Origin: Carcharhinus amblyrhynchos | Lineage: Eukaryota | Reading direction: 5' to 3' | NCBI GenBank assembly: GCA_965287045.1 | Contig: OZ336883.1 | Location: 47,306,001-47,370,000 of the forward strand | DNA: 64,000 nucleotides | Shown: in pieces, positions 1-14,199 of the stretch | How the letters are laid out: every line of letters begins with the position of its first letter | How positions within the stretch are numbered: position 1 is the first letter of the stretch | Program-made: the position numbers and the translations under genes | Notes under the pieces: generated by a model | Seen by the model: the letters and a program-made list of their open reading frames with translations, nothing else | Databases searched by the model: none | What the model was told of the DNA's origin: nothing

Positions 1-409
1 TTAACTCTTGGGATATTTCTCCACATTAAAATTGTTTTGTTGCTGACCACTCAATGTACATACAATAATACATCATATTGATCAATGAACATTACACATG
101 GACATAGCAGTAGGATGGGCTTACTGTTTTTCATTTGCTGCAACATTGAGGTAACTTTTCAAATAAATTTAAATTAGAATGGGTAGGAATAGAAAACATA
201 GGAGAGTTGGTCTGTGTTGTGGTTAGAAATCAAGTGTAAAAGGTTTAAGTCTCCTGCTACCTGTCTATAACTTATTTTAACTCAGTGAGCATAATGGATC
301 CTAAGAGGTTCAAGTGGTTGCAAAAAATGAATGTCAAATATAGCACTGATCCTAGTTGGTAGGGATTGGAAAACTAAAATAGTGCCACAGTCCTCACAGA
401 GTTAACATT

Positions 410-665
410 TGGAACTTCTTCACTCAAAGGGTGGTGAATCTCTGGAATTCTCTGCCCGTTGAAGTGGTGGAGGCTGCCTCACTAAATATATTTAAGACGC
501 GGGTAGATAGGTTTTTGATAGGCAAGGGGATTAAGGGTTATGGGGAGAAGGCGGGAAAGTGGAACTGAGCCACGACAGATCAGCCATGATCTTATTGAAT
601 GGTGGGGCAGGCTCGAAGGGCTAGATGGCCTACTCCTGCTCCTATTTCTTATGTTCTTATGTTTT
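410..665 (+). mobile_element. CR1 LINE 3' end (young subfamily)
   Basis: Reads ...NFFTQRVVNLWNSLP...WN* and ends in a (ttcttatg)n tail. Nearly identical to 43597-43861. Confidence 0.9.
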
Positions 666-2209
666 ATATAACATGCTGAAGGTTTTAGCTTCTCATCTTT
701 AATTGTATACTTAAATCATTGTGTTGTGCTGACAAGTGAAATACAGATGAAGTGGGAACTTTTTTCTGTCTAGAATGACAAAGTCAAAAAGTCCAAGTGT
801 GTGAGAAGAAGGTAAAACTTTAAATGCGTGGGATGGTGTTGAATGTATGAGATGGTAGGTCTCTATTGAAACTGTTTCATTTTTCTGTTCAGAAAAAAAA
901 TGTTTAATTATTCATTAATACCACTATACCATCTGACCATAAATTTCCTAAACCCAACTGTCTTTTCAAGTGGACTATCTACTTCAATTTTATAATGATT
1001 ATCAGGGAATACGTACGGTATTTTTTGGAGTTTTAAGGTGAACATAGACTAATTGGGGTGGGAGGGTGGGATCCTCCCAAAAATAATCCTAAGTGCCCAA
1101 TGTCTGGGAATATGGGAGTTTTTGCCACCCATTTTTTGGATGAACTGAGTGGAATGAATCTCCGGGACTTTGTGCATCACAGAGTCCATAACGCAATTCA
1201 CACCTGTAGGAGGAAGCTTTTAAGTTTGTTTAAGATTTTCCATAATTATTCTTAACCTCTTTTTACCCACATTCTGCTAAAACAACCCATCCCAACGAAG
1301 GAAGTGGCCACAGATAAATTTGAATCAAAAGGAGATATAGAGTGTTGTGGTGGTGTTGGTGGTGGGATGGCTGTCAGTGGGCATCTTCAGTTCAATGTCA
1401 AGTGCCTGATTGAGGGACAAGCTGTCCCTAGAGGTGACAAGTTAGCCGCACAATTTTAGCTGCTGTGCAGACCGCAAGGCAATGGGCCTGCGTGCTCCAG
1501 GGTTAATACCAGTAGGATGTAGCCCTTAAGTGGTACTAATGGGCCTCGATAGGCAGGCAGTAGGGTGGAAAAATCAAACATTGGCCTCCCAAAAGGAAAT
1601 GACAGTAAAATGGGGAAATAATAATACTGGTGCGAACTCATATTGTATGTTTTGAAAATGAAACACTCGTAAAACAGGGAAATAAGAATACTGGTCTGAA
1701 TTGTTTATTCCTTCTGCACTTTCTGCTCAGACCTTAGTATGTCACCATCGTACCTAATTATGTGCCCCCACCCCGCGCCCCCAAACTCATCAGATCAGAA
1801 GAATCTACCCAGTGTTGCAGAAGATGTTCAAATTGCGTAAAGCAATGGAAATAGCATACAAATATATCAGCAAATATGGAAATTTGTTAGTAGAGCCCCT
1901 AGAATTGAGAAAATGCAGTTTTAAAACTCGCAAGTTAGAAGATTCAGCCCTCAAGCAAAATCAATGAAATCTAACCGGGAACTCCTTGTCCTTATCTCTG
2001 TTCCTTCAATATGGAGGTGTCTGAACTTTTCTTCAAGATTATGCAGGTATAGTTAACAAAATATCAATCAGTAACAGAAGTCAGTCACCTTGAATCTTTG
2101 TACTATGTGCCCAAACCCATTTCTTATCCACAGCTATCTCTGCTCAATAAATGAGGGAATATGTCATTTTTTTCTCAACCTTTTGCTTTGTCATCTATAT
2201 ATGTATTAT

Positions 2210-3285
2210 GATTATTTTTATTTATTAGTGTGACATATATTGGGATACAGTGAAAAAAGTATTGCTTCTTGCGTGCTACACAGACAAATATACTGTTCAC
2301 AAAGAAGGAAAGGAGAGAGTGCAGAATGTAGTGTTACAGTCATTGGTAAGGTGTAGAGAAAGACCAACTTTATGCAGGATAGGTCCATTCAGAGATCTGA
2401 TGGCAGCAGGGAAGAAGCTGTCCTTAAGTCAGTTGGTCGTCACTTCACACTTTTGTATCTTTTTCCTGAAGGAAGAAGGTGGAAGAGAGTATGTCCAGGG
2501 TGTGAGGGGTCCTTGATTAAGCTTTGATTTGATTTATTATTGTCACTTGTATTAATATACAGTGAAAAGTATTGTTTCTTGCATGCTATACAGATAAAGC
2601 ATACCTTTCATAGAGGAGGAAAGGAAAGAGTGCAAAATGTAGTGCTACAGTCATAGCTAGGGTGTAGAGAAAGATCAACTTAATGCAAGGTAAGTCTATT
2701 CAAAAGTCTGACAGCAGCAGGGAAGAAGTTGTTCTAGAGTCGGTTGGTACGTGACCTCGGACTTTTGGATTTTTTTCCCGATGGAGGAAGATGGAAGAGA
2801 GAATGTCCGAGATGCGCGGGGTCCTTAGTTATACTCACTGCTTTGCATGGCAGTGGGAAGTATAGGCAGAGTCGATGGACGGGAAGCTGGTTTGCGTGAT
2901 GGATTGGGTTACATTCACAATCTTTTGTAGTTCCTTGTGGCCTTGGGCAGAGCAGGAGGCATACCAAGCTGTGATACAACCAGAAAGAACGCTTTCAGTC
3001 ATGCATCTGTAAAAGTCGATGAGAGTCGTAGCTGATATGCCAAATTTCCTTAGTCTTCTGAGAAAGTGGAGACGTTGGTGGCTTTCTTAATGATAGTGTT
3101 GGCAAAGAGGTACCAAGACAGGTTGTTGGTGATATGGACACCTAAAAACTTGAAGCTCTCGATCCTTTCTACTTCATCCCCGTTGATGTAGACAGGAGCA
3201 TATTCTCCTTTACACTTCCTGAAGTCAATGACAATCTCCTTCATTTTGTTCTCATGGAGGGAAAGATTATTGTTGCTGCACCAGT
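2210..3285 (-). mobile_element. Rex1/Babar-type LINE 3' fragments (two tandem 3' ends)
   Basis: Minus-strand ORF KEIVIDFRK..INGDEVERIESFKFLGVHITNNLSW..IIKKA and a GTGACAATAATAAATCAAATC tail. The 3' end occurs twice, at about 2210-2520 and 2525-3285. Confidence 0.8.
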
Positions 3286-3312
3286 ATTCCTTAATCTACT
3301 GTCCTTGGTAAT

Positions 3313-4558
3313 ATAAGAACATAAGAAATAGGAGCAGGAATACGCCATCTAGCCCTTCGAGCCTGCCCCGCCATTCAGTAAGATCATGACTGTTCTGTCG
3401 TGGCTCAGTTCCACTTTCCCGCCCTCTCCCCATAACCCTTAATCCCCTCTCTTATCAAAAACCCATCAACCCGCGTCTTAAAAATATTTAGCGAGGCAGT
3501 CTCCACTACTTCAACGGGCAGAGAATTCCAGAGATTCACCACCCTTTGAGTGAAGAAGTTCCTCCTCAACTCTGTTCTAAACCGCCCCCCCTTTATCTTG
3601 AGGCTGTGCCCCCTAGTCCTACTGTCTTTTTTGAGCGGGAAGAGTCTCTCCACCTCTATCCTATCCATCCCATTCATCATCTTATACGTCTCAATGAGAT
3701 CGCCCCTCATTCTTCTAAACTCTAACGAGTACAAGCCTAGTTTATTCAGCCTCTCCTCATAGCTCAACCCCCTCAACTCCGGTATCAGCCTAGTAAACCT
3801 CCTCTGCACTCCCTCCAAGGCCAAAATATCTTTGCGCAGGTGCGGCGCCCAAAACTGCACACAGTACTCCAGCTGCGGCCTCACCAATGCCCTATACAGC
3901 TGCAGCAAGACCTCCCTACTTTTATATTCAATCCTCCTCGCTATGAAGGTCAGCATCCCATTCGCCTTCCTGACCACCTGCTGCACCTGCAAGCTGGGTT
4001 TTTGCGACTCATGCACAATGACCCCGAGGTCCCTCTGCACCGTCGCCTGCTGCAGTTTTTTGCCACGTAAGTAATAGTCCTTCCTACCATTATTCCTACC
4101 AAAGTGGACCACCTCACACTTGCCAACATTAAATTCCATTTGCCATTTCCTGGCCCATTCGCCCAGCCTATCTAGATCCTTCTGCAGACTCTCCACACCC
4201 TCCGCACAATTTGCTGTTCCACCAATCTTGGTGTCATCAGCAAATTTCGACACCCTACACTCGGTTCCCTCCTCCAGATCATCTATATAAATGGTAAAAA
4301 GCTGAGGCCCCAGCACCGACCCCTGGGGTACTCCACTAGTCACCATCCGCCAATCCGAATAGCACCCGTTGACCCCCACTCTCTGCCTCCTATTTGACAA
4401 CCAACACTCTATCCACGCTAACACCCTACCCCCAACTCCATGTCCCTCGACCTTCTGCAATAACCCCTTGTGAGGTACTTTGTCAAACGCCTTCTGAAAA
4501 TCCAGAAAGACCACATCCACCGGCTCTCCTCTATCCACTGCCCTAGACACATCCTCAT
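3313..4558 (-). mobile_element. 5'-truncated CR1 LINE with an uninterrupted 381-aa RT C-terminal frame
   Basis: Motifs FLDFQKAFDKVPH, GVPQGSVLGP and FADD. Same tail and subfamily as 40294-43861. Confidence 0.95.
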
Positions 4559-5294
4559 GTCTGGCGCAGTTGATAAAAAGTGAAGAACAAGTAGGGTGTT
4601 TACAAGAGCGGTTATCAGCGAACTCTGAAATTAGGCCAAACAGGTGAATAAACCAAACTCAAAATTATATGTTCTTTTTAAAGCAGAAAGGTGGCAGAAT
4701 TGTCCAATTCTGGTGTCATGTGGATTTGTCTGTGAAGATTAATCTCTGAGCTGTTTTATTTAGCTCTGGAATGACTGATTTCACATGTTCTCTGGTATGA
4801 AAAGTGCATGACATCAAAGGTTCAACTGGAGAAAAATAAAATTGTGGGAGAACTGTGAACTGTTAGCAAAGTAAGTTCTGAGAGCATTGTACAGTCATAG
4901 AATAGAATGCTTGTCATCTTGTATTCTTGCATGAAAAATAACTCTTGCTATTGATTTTGATGTGCTTATTTAGAATGAAGTGGATATGAGAAAAAGCCAA
5001 AAGCTGTGAATAAATGGGGATATGGGAGAAAAATATAGGACAAACAAGTAAACCGTCATGTTCTCTTTCTGCTCAGTTAACTTTCCCTGACTCTGTGACT
5101 GTACATTGCAAGTATATGTGGGCCTGGCTTTGTGTTTCATTAGCAGAAAAATACCAGAGCCACAATTGTTCCAGATTCTACAGGATTATTTATAAATGCT
5201 TATCCTGTTGCTACCGCCCTGTGTTTGTGGGAATAGTGGAGGAGAAATGACCATTTATTGAAAGAAGTGCAGTCATGCCAGGATTCATTTTCAT

Positions 5295-5537
5295 TATAGA
5301 ATCCCTACAGTGCAGAAGGAAGCCATTTGGCCCATCGAGTCTGCACCCAACAACAATCCCACCCCAAGCCCTGGCCCCACAACCCCACACATTTACCCCG
5401 CTCATCCCTCTAACCTACACACCTCAGGACTACTATGGGCAATTTAGCATGGCCAATGCACCTAACCCACACATCTTTGGACTGTGGGAGGAAACCAGAG
5501 CACCTCGAGGAAACCCATGCAGACACAGGGAGAATGT
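5295..5537 (-). mobile_element. HE1-type V-SINE (partial)
   Basis: Reverse complement of TTCTCCCTGTGTCTGCATGGGTTTCCTC..GGTTTCCTCCCACAGTCCAAAGATGTG, with a TGTAGGGATTCTAT tail. Confidence 0.85.
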
Positions 5538-6724
5538 GCTCAAGGTTGTGTTAATGCTACTAAATGTGAGTGAATCATATTTTAAATTGGATTTGTTTAC
5601 ATTCTTTGAGGTAATGCCCAATTTTGATGATAAGCAATTTATTTCTGATTTCAAAATTATCAGTATTTAGTTCTTAAAATTGGAAAACCAAAAATTAACA
5701 GGGATATTTTCTTCATGAGGATTTTAAAAATATAATGAATAAAAGCTACCTTATTATAGCAACAGCTTCAGCTTCCGTGGTGAAGGGATGTGTAGTCCTT
5801 TTGCCCCTTTTTTTAACTGTGCTACTCTTTCAAATTTTTTCTATGGCTTAAATTATTTATGGCTAATCCACAACAATTTGATTCCTTTCACATTTGCGTA
5901 ATTGTTAGGTGTAAGGAAAAAGGGTATTTTTTACTGAGGATATGTCTGTTTGCTGATCAGGGAACGATTTTGCACTTTCATGCAGTACATTCATGTAACT
6001 TCAATGCACCTTAATCATGTGATAGGGTAATGTTATACTGATAACAAGGGCATAAATCTCACATGGAAAATTATATGGCTGGGTTTTCCCAGATGTGATT
6101 GCACAACTTTAACTGGGAGTTTCTTATTCACGTGGTTACAGACAAACTGCATTTGGATGTTTCATGTCAATATTTGGACAGAGTTTGTCGTGTTTTCCCC
6201 AAACGCCCCCATTCATTTTACTTGGAACTTATTTGCAACTTCTGAATTTTTAATCAGTCATGTGCTCTACATACTTGAAGCTAAGGTGCTTACTGGCTAA
6301 AGCTGGAACATGCAAATTTGAGTATGTGGTGCAGCGATTACACAATTGAATAATAGTCAAAAGTTTCCAAAACTGACACAAATTGCTCAACAAAGTGGGC
6401 TGTTATATCTGCATGGAAATTGATGAATTTGAAGCTGAAATTAACATTGTTGTTTGGAAATCTTTAGAACTACTTATTTGGCTTTCAGCTTCAAGATACA
6501 ACCATAATCCTTATTTGAAGATGTAATGCTTTACACAAAACCGAAACGAGAGACTTTATTTTATGTTAATAAGCATCCTCTGAATCAAGAAATTTGAATA
6601 AGGCCCATTCCACATAGCTTGGGTTGATAGTTTAGCACAATTATGTTGGAGTAAAATGTTTTTAGTTGAGATGTTGAAGTGCCTATATCACTGCTTTCAG
6701 CAACATTAAAGAACCCATGGCATC

Positions 6725-8630
6725 TTAAGAACATAAGAAATAGGAGCAGGAGTAGGCCATCTAGCCCTTTGAGCCTGCCCTGCCATTCAATAAGATCATG
6801 GCTGATCTGAAGTGGATCAGTTGCACTTACCCGCCTGCTCCCCACAATCCTTAATTCCCTTACTGATCAGAAATCTATCTACCCATGACTTAAACATATT
6901 CAATGAGGTAGTCTCCACCACTTCAATGGGCAGAGAAGTCCAGAGATTCACCACCCTCTGAGAGAAGAAGTCCCTCCTCAACTCTGTTCTAAACTGCGTT
7001 CCCCCCCCCTTATTTTGAGGCTGTGCCCTCTAGTTCTGGTTTCCCTTCCAAGTGGAAAGAATCTCTCTACCTCTACCCTATTTAGCCCTTCATTATCTTG
7101 TAAGTCTCTATAAGATCCCCCCTCAGCTTTCTAAACTCCAACGAGTACAGGCCCAATCTACTCAATCTCTCCTCATAAGCTAACCCCCTCATCTCCAGTA
7201 TCAGCCTGGTGAGCCTTCTTTGTACTCCCTCCAAGGCCAATATATCCTTTCGCAAATAAGGGGACCAAAATTGCATACAGTACTTCAGTTGCGGCCTCAC
7301 CAGTGCCTTGTACAGTTGCAGCAAGACCTCCCTGCTTTTATATTCTATCCCCCTCGCGATAAAGGCCAACATTCCATTTGCCTTCTCGATCACCTGCAGA
7401 CTGAGTTTTTGTGATTCATGTGTAAGGACCCCTAGGTCCCTCTGCACAGTAGCATGCTACAACTTTTCACCATTTAAATAATATTCCATCCTACTATTAT
7501 TTCTTCCAAAGTGGATAACCTCACATTTGCCAACGTTATACTCCCATCTGCCAGGTCCTCGCCCACTCGCTCAGCCTATCCAAGTTTCTCTGCAGACTTT
7601 CCGCGTCCTCCACGCGATTTGCTTTTCCACTCATCTTCGTGTCATCAGCAAACTTTGTTGCCCTACACTCAGCCCTTCCTCCAGATCGTCTATGTATATG
7701 GTAAACAGTTGAGGCCCCAGCACCAATCCCTGTGGCACGCCACTAGCCACAACTACCAACCTGAAAAGCACCCAATTATTCCAACTCTCTGCTTCCCGTT
7801 AGATAGCCAATCCTCAATCCACACTAACACCTAACCTTCTGCAGCAACCTTTTGTGAGGCACCTTATCGAACTCCGTCCGGAAATCTAAAAACACCATGT
7901 CCACTGGTTCCCCTCTGTCTGCTGCACTAGTCACATCTTCACAAAAATACAGTAAATTCGTCAAACATGACTTCCCCTTCATGAATCCATGCTGCTTCTG
8001 CTTGATCGAACCGTTCTTTTCTAGGTGTCCTGCTATTTCTTCTTCAATGGTGGATTCTAGCATTTTCCCAACTACGGACATTAAGCTAACCGGCCTGTAG
8101 TTACCCGCCTTTTGTCTGCTACCTTTTTTAAACAGCGGCGTAACAGTAGATGTTTTCCAATCTGCAGGCACTTCCCCAGAGTCCAGCGAATTTTGCTATT
8201 ATTTCTGCCATTTCCTTCAGTACCCTGGGATGCATTCCATCCGGTCCCGGGGACTTGTCTACCTTCAGTCCCATTCATCTATCAAGCACTACCTCTTTAG
8301 TAACAATAATTGTATTAAGGACCTCATCTCCTACCAACCCTCTATCTTTAATTTTCGGTAAGCTATTTGTGTCCTCCACCGTGAAGACCGACACAAAAAA
8401 CTTATTTAAAGTCTCGGCCATTTCCTCGCTTCCCACCATTAAATCCCCCCTCTCGTCCTCCAAGGATCCAACATCCACTCTAGCCACTCTCTTCTTTATA
8501 TATTTGTAAAACCTTTTACTATCATTTTTTATATTTAGAGCTAGTTTAGTTTTATACTCTATCTTTCCTTTCTTTATCACTTTCTTAGTCATTCTTTGTT
8601 GTTTATTAAACCTTTCCTAATCTTCTCATC
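6725..8630 (-). mobile_element. CR1 LINE, 5'-truncated and frameshifted
   Basis: RT fragments NYRPVSL, HGFMKGKSCLTNLL and QRDLGV, plus a CR1 tail at about 6725-6800. Confidence 0.92.
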
Positions 8631-8859
8631 TTTCAGACAAACAGAGAATTTCCTTAGTGTCCTGCCCTGCAGTCTTTTTTCAATCTATGAAACCAAAAAG
8701 AACTAAATGAATTAGTCGTTTATGTCATTCGTCAGGAAGAAATTAATTTGCATACTTGTGTCGAATTCTCGTGGGGGCTGGCAACCCCATGGGCTGACAA
8801 CTTCCAGCACAGCACACATGGCGTTCTTCATTGATGTAATTGAAGAAATCCATGTGAGC

Positions 8860-9110
8860 TGCATAGGCTAGAAATAACGCTACATGGCCAAATTCCTCCC
8901 ACCACTGCGGTAGGACCTTGCTGTATGCAAAATGGCTGCCAGCTCTGTATAGACTACAATAATAACAGTGATATTAAATAGAAAAATATTCCAAGATGCT
9001 TCACATATTTGTCATCAAAATAAAAATAGATTCCGAAGCAAAGAAGGAAATATTAATAGAGGTAACTATAAGCTTGATAAAGGAGGTTTGTTTCAAGGAA
9101 CTACTTAGAA
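8860..9110. mobile_element. Degraded Deu-SINE-like fragment (+) followed by an L2 3' end (-)
   Basis: GGACCTTGCTGTATGCAAAATGGCTGCC resembles the Deu domain as I recall it. The following sequence resembles the L2 tail also seen at 63190-63330. Confidence 0.45.
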
Positions 9111-9112
9111 GA

Positions 9113-9750
9113 GGTGGCACGGTGGTTAGCACTGTTGCCTCATAGCACCAGGGATGGTGTTTGATTCTAGCCTTGGGTGACTGTATGAAGTTTTCACATT
9201 CTCCCCCTGTATGCGTGTGTTTCCTCCGAGTACTCTGGATTCCTCTTACAGTTCAAAGATATGCAGATTACTCAGGAGCATAGGTTGAAAGTGAGAGAGG
9301 GAAAGTTTAAAAGAGATGTAAAGGGCAAGCTTTTCACATAGAGGGTGGTGAATGTCTGGAGCATGCTGCCGGAGGATGTAGTGGAAGCAGATTCTCCAAC
9401 AAGATTCAATAGGCATCTGGATAGATACATGAATAAGCAGGGAATAGAGGGATATGGACCACATAGAGGCAAGAAAATATTAGATTAGAGAGGCATCTGT
9501 GTCTTCACAGATCTGGTGGGATGAAGGGCCTTTTCCTGGGCTGTGTTGTTCTTTGTTAGGTGAATTGGCCATGCTAAATTGCTGGTTAGTGTCCCAAAAT
9601 GTATAGGTTAGCGGGGTAAATATGTGGGATTATGGGGATAATGGAACTGAGCAGCGACATATCAGCCATGATCTTATTGAATGGCGGGGCAGGCTCGAAG
9701 GGCTGGATGGCCTACTCCTGCTCCTATTTCTTATGTTCTTATGTTCTTAT
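9113..9750 (+). mobile_element. HE1-type SINE interrupted by a CR1 3' fragment (about 9271-9557), followed by another CR1 tail
   Basis: tRNA-like head GTGGCACGGTGGTTAGCACTGTTGCCTCA. The SINE resumes at GTTAGGTGAATTGGCCATGCTAAATTG after the insert. Confidence 0.8.
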
Positions 9751-10889
9751 AGGGCCTGATATGGAGAGAGGGCTCTGTCAGAAAGTCAGTGTAAACTCGA
9801 TGGGCCAAATGACCTCTTTCTGCAAGCTGGAGATTCTGAGATGCTATTCATTGAAAAAGGAAAATGCAAAACAGGAGGATGTCAAATGAAGGTGAGGATG
9901 TAGGGGGAAAACTAGACTCAGCAAAACAATTTTACCAACCCTTTGGGAATGAACTAGAGGAGGCAAAGCTTTCAAATTGGAGTGGGAAAGCTTCCAACTG
10001 CTATGTCTCTTTTTATTTTTTCAGAGGATGTGGGTGTCACTAGGCCTGCCTGATGTCAGCTTACAGGCTCCATTGCACCCTCATCTTGCTGGTGCACCCC
10101 CAGCATGGCTAATGCTAGTAGGTTACAGTCTAGGTATCTATTAATCAATATAATCCTGGCCATCACAATAACCCAGTGTGTCACAGAATACTCCCCTTCC
10201 CCAACCCCTACTGTATCCCCAAGTTAGCAGACCTACTGCTGTGAGATGGATTTGACCAAATGCTTGAATATCACACATTTATTTGAGGTGATATATTACT
10301 CATTGAGTGGACTCTATGACTACACCCTCTGGATTACAACAATACAAATGCTGCATGAGGGGTTGAGATTCTTTCAGGGAGGCCTGGGAGTTCCCATCTG
10401 TAAACCTAGCAGTTGCAAGAAGCTTCTCCTGTTTGTCCAGATGCCCACTTATTCTTAGAGTCATTATCACGTTGGGGAATTATCCCAATTGGTCCAATGG
10501 GTTATTACAGGGAGTTTGATGATTGAAACACACCAGAATTAATCTTACGTGAATGTGCAATTATAGTGAAGGCTCCAGATTGCCTCTGTCATTATTGAGT
10601 TGCTCCTAACATGTCTCAGCTGTGCATTCTTCATGTGGTAATACAGGTTCCACATTGGCATACTTTAACTGCCTCCCCCCCCACCACACACCCCCATGCC
10701 CGGCTGCTGTACTGTGATCCACTCCTTCCAGAAATCCTAATAGCAGCGTCTTTTCTTAGTTTCACTTTCTGCTGCACTCTTGCTTGAGGCTCGTAATGGT
10801 GCTGCTGACCCTCTTCTTTGACAGCTCCCAGCCGTGGGCAGCCGATCTTGTAGGACGTCAACTGTTAAAATATGGCCAGCCAGTGGGAT

Positions 10890-12720
10890 GGCCTCCATTC
10901 AGGAGAAAATGCAGGTTAATTAAAGGAAACAAGCGTGGATTTCTTGAGGGAAAATCATGTTTAATTAACTTGCTGGAGCTTTTTGTAGAAATAACAGAAA
11001 GGTTGCTGAGAGCAATGCTGTTCAAGTGGTATTCATGGACTTCCAGAAGGCATTTGATATAGTACCACACGACAGGCTTGTGAGCAAAGTTATAGCTCAT
11101 GGAATAAAAGAGACAATAGCAACATAGATATGAAATTAGCTGAGTAGAACAACGAGTAGTGGTTAATGGACATTGTTCAGGCTGGAGGAAGGTTTGTAGC
11201 AGAGGTCTTCAGGCCAGTGTTGAAACCCTTGCTCTTCCTAATATATATTGATGACCTGGACCTTAGTCAACAGGGCACAGTTTCAAAATTTGTGAATGAT
11301 ACGAAACTGGGAAGCATTGTGAACCGTGAGCAGGATAAGTGTAGAACTTCAAAAGAACATGGCCAAGTTGGTGGAGTGGGCAGATAGGTAGTAGATGAAG
11401 TTCAATGTGGAAAAATGTGAATTGATTCATTTTGCTAGGAATAAGTTTGGAGAGACAATAGAAAATAAAGGGTATAAATCTAAAGGGGTACAAAAAAGTG
11501 GGATATAGAAGTGAATACGTCATTGATCATGGCAGGATGAGTTAAGAGAGCATTAATAAAGTACATAGTATCCTAGCCTTTGTTAATAGGAGCACCGATG
11601 CAACAGCAAACTGATTTCTTTGAAATTGTGTAAAGCACTAGTTCAGCCGCAGCTGGAGTACTGTGTCCATTTCTGGCCATCACACTTTAGGGAAGATGTG
11701 AAGGAGTTGGCAAGAAAAGATTTATGAGAATTTGGAGAAGTTGGCACTATTTCAATATTTACAGAAGGGTATACTTGCATTGGAGATGGTACAGCAGTTT
11801 ACTAAATTGATCCCTGAGATGAGGGGCTTGTCCTGTTATGAAATGTTCAGTAACTTGGGCCTATATTATCCAGAGGTGAGAAGAATGAAAGACGATCTCA
11901 TTGAATAATTCAAGATTCTGAAGAGGCTAATAGGATAGATGTGGCCAGGGAATGAAAATGAGGGCATAGTCTCAGGAAAAGAGGCTGACAATTTGAGACC
12001 AAGATTAGGAAAAATTACTCAAAGGATTGTAAATCACTGGCATTCTCGAACCCAGAAGGTTGTTGATGATCCTTTGATTATATTTAAGGCTGTGAGAGAC
12101 AGCTATTTGGTCTCTTGGAATCAAAAGATATGAGAGCAGGCAGGGATTGGAGTTGATATCCAAGATCAGCCATGACTGCAATGAGTGGAGAACGTTTGAC
12201 AAGCCAAATGACCTATTCCTGTACCTATTTCTTGTGTACCCTTTGCTTCCTACCATAAGCCAATTCAACTTCATACTATCCCTTCAGATCACATGGATTT
12301 TTACTTTTTTGACTTGTCTGCTGTGTGGGACTTTGTGAAAAACCTTGCCAAGATCTGTATATATGTTATTTTCATCAATCCTCCTTGTCATTCCCTCACA
12401 AAATTCAACCTGGTATTGGCAGCAAATTTACACACTGTTCCCTCATTCTAGTCATTAATATAAATATTTGAGGCCTAAGTACAAATTCCTTTGGTACTCT
12501 GGTAGTTACAGCCTGCCAAGGTGAGAATGAGCCATTTAGCCAAAATCTTTGTTTCCTATTAATTAGACAATCCTCTACCCATGCTAATGTATTACTCCCA
12601 AACCACGAATTCTTATCTTTTTACTTGTAGTTTGGCACCTTATCAAAGGCCTTTTAGAAATACAAGCATGCTACATGTACTCATTCCCCTTTATCTTCCC
12701 TGTTAAATCCTCAAAGAAGC
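10890..12720. mobile_element. Cluster of old CR1 fragments (+ strand 10890-12240; - strand 12240-12720)
   Basis: Degenerate motifs GKSCLINLLE, YIDDLD..SKFVNDTKLG and CR1 3' UTR sequence. Confidence 0.75.
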
Positions 12721-13074
12721 AGAGCAGCACAATGTGCAACTGTCGGTCCACATAGGAGCCCTTGTGTCAAGATACTGGTAACTCTTCACCGATTTATATG
12801 TTTCTAAAGATGTTGTTGAGGTAAAGGAGTAGTGTGAATTTGAAGCATCTTCTCATGTTTGTATCGACATCTTTCCAACCTTTCTGTTTGATGTAATATG
12901 GTTAAACATTTTTCTTGTTTAATAGATATATTATTCTTTGTGTTAAAAGTTCAGCAGCAAACTCCTGTGAGTTTATTCAGTAACTTTCCTCCATAGTTTC
13001 TTAAATAAATTAGGATCTATCAAGCCAGATTTCACTCTGGAATCTGACTTGTCCAGTATTAACACCAGCCACGA

Positions 13075-14120
13075 TTTTAAAAGTGTCTTAAAGGAGAAAA
13101 ATCAAGGTAGAGAGGTGTAGAGGTACAGGGAGGGAATTGCAGAACTTTGGGCCTGGTTAACCGAAGGCATGGACACCAGTGGTGGATCATTAATAATTGG
13201 GAATGCACAAGAGGCCAAAATTAAAGGAGCATAAAAATCTCAGGGGATTCTGCGGTTAGAGGAGACTGTAGACATAGGGCAGGACAAGACCACGAAGAAA
13301 TTTGAAAGCAAGCATGAGGATTTTAAAATGAAGACATTTCTTGACTGGGAGCCAGTGAAGGTCAGCAAGCACAAGAGAGGCAGTGAAATGGGATTTGCTG
13401 TGAATTAAGACAGGAGCAACAGAGTTTTGGATGACCTCAAGTTCAAAAGGGATGATAGAATGTAGAAGACCAACCAAGACTGCATTGGAATAGGTGCACC
13501 TAGAGGTTATAAAGGCATAGATAAGGATTTCAGCGGCAGATCAGCTGGCACTAGTGAAGTCGAACGATGTTATGAAGGTGGGAATAGATGGTCTTAGTGA
13601 TGACATGAAGTCGGGAGCTTATCCTGGGATTAGATATGATCTAATTTGAAAGATTGCAAACAGTTGGTTTAGAGCAGACTTGAAGTAGAAAGGGACAATA
13701 CCTGAAGAGAGATTATGGTTTGCAGCATTGGTGGAGATGGTGGGGTAAAAGGCAGAGTCCTGTGATCAGCAGGGAATTGAGTCATAAAAAAAAGGAAATG
13801 TCATGAACAGAATAAGCTCAGTGAGGCCATTAGAGAAAAACTAGAGAAAGATGTAAGTTCATTGCCAGGGCAAGGAGGATCATTGAAGGAAGGTTGACCA
13901 GGAGGCCTAGTGAAGGGAGGGACATGGCAGAGTCAGCTGATCAGATTGTCTCAATCTTAACAACAGCAATCCTTATTGTTGAAGGTGAAAATGAAGGGGC
14001 GATGGCTTTGCAAAGGTGGTCTAAAGTCAAGGAAATAAGCCATTGGTGGGCTGTGCATTCCAAGATGATCCTGGGAATTTTAGTAAGCAGTTTTAGTGGA
14101 CAAGAATAAGACTTAATAGT
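13075..14120 (-). mobile_element. L2-clade LINE fragment
   Basis: Minus-strand translation VLADLHWLPVKKCLHFKILMLAFKFLRGLVLPY matches the L2 ORF2 C-terminal LHWLP..FKIL motif. Confidence 0.8.
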
Positions 14121-14199
14121 GTTTTAAATGGTCCAGCCAGAGCTGGCCAATTAGTTTACTCTAATTTGCCAAACATTGTTTACCATCCAGACAAGCAGC

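Noticed and set aside
774-811. Exon-like segment (tttttctgtctag ... aag|gtaaaa) in the PRORP intron
   Set aside because: It is 38 nt, not frame-preserving, has a weak donor, and shows no resemblance to the expected upstream PRORP exon (..FDVVIDGLNV..).
9113-9190. tRNA-like A/B boxes in many repeats
   Set aside because: These are SINE heads continuing into V-domain bodies, not tRNA genes.
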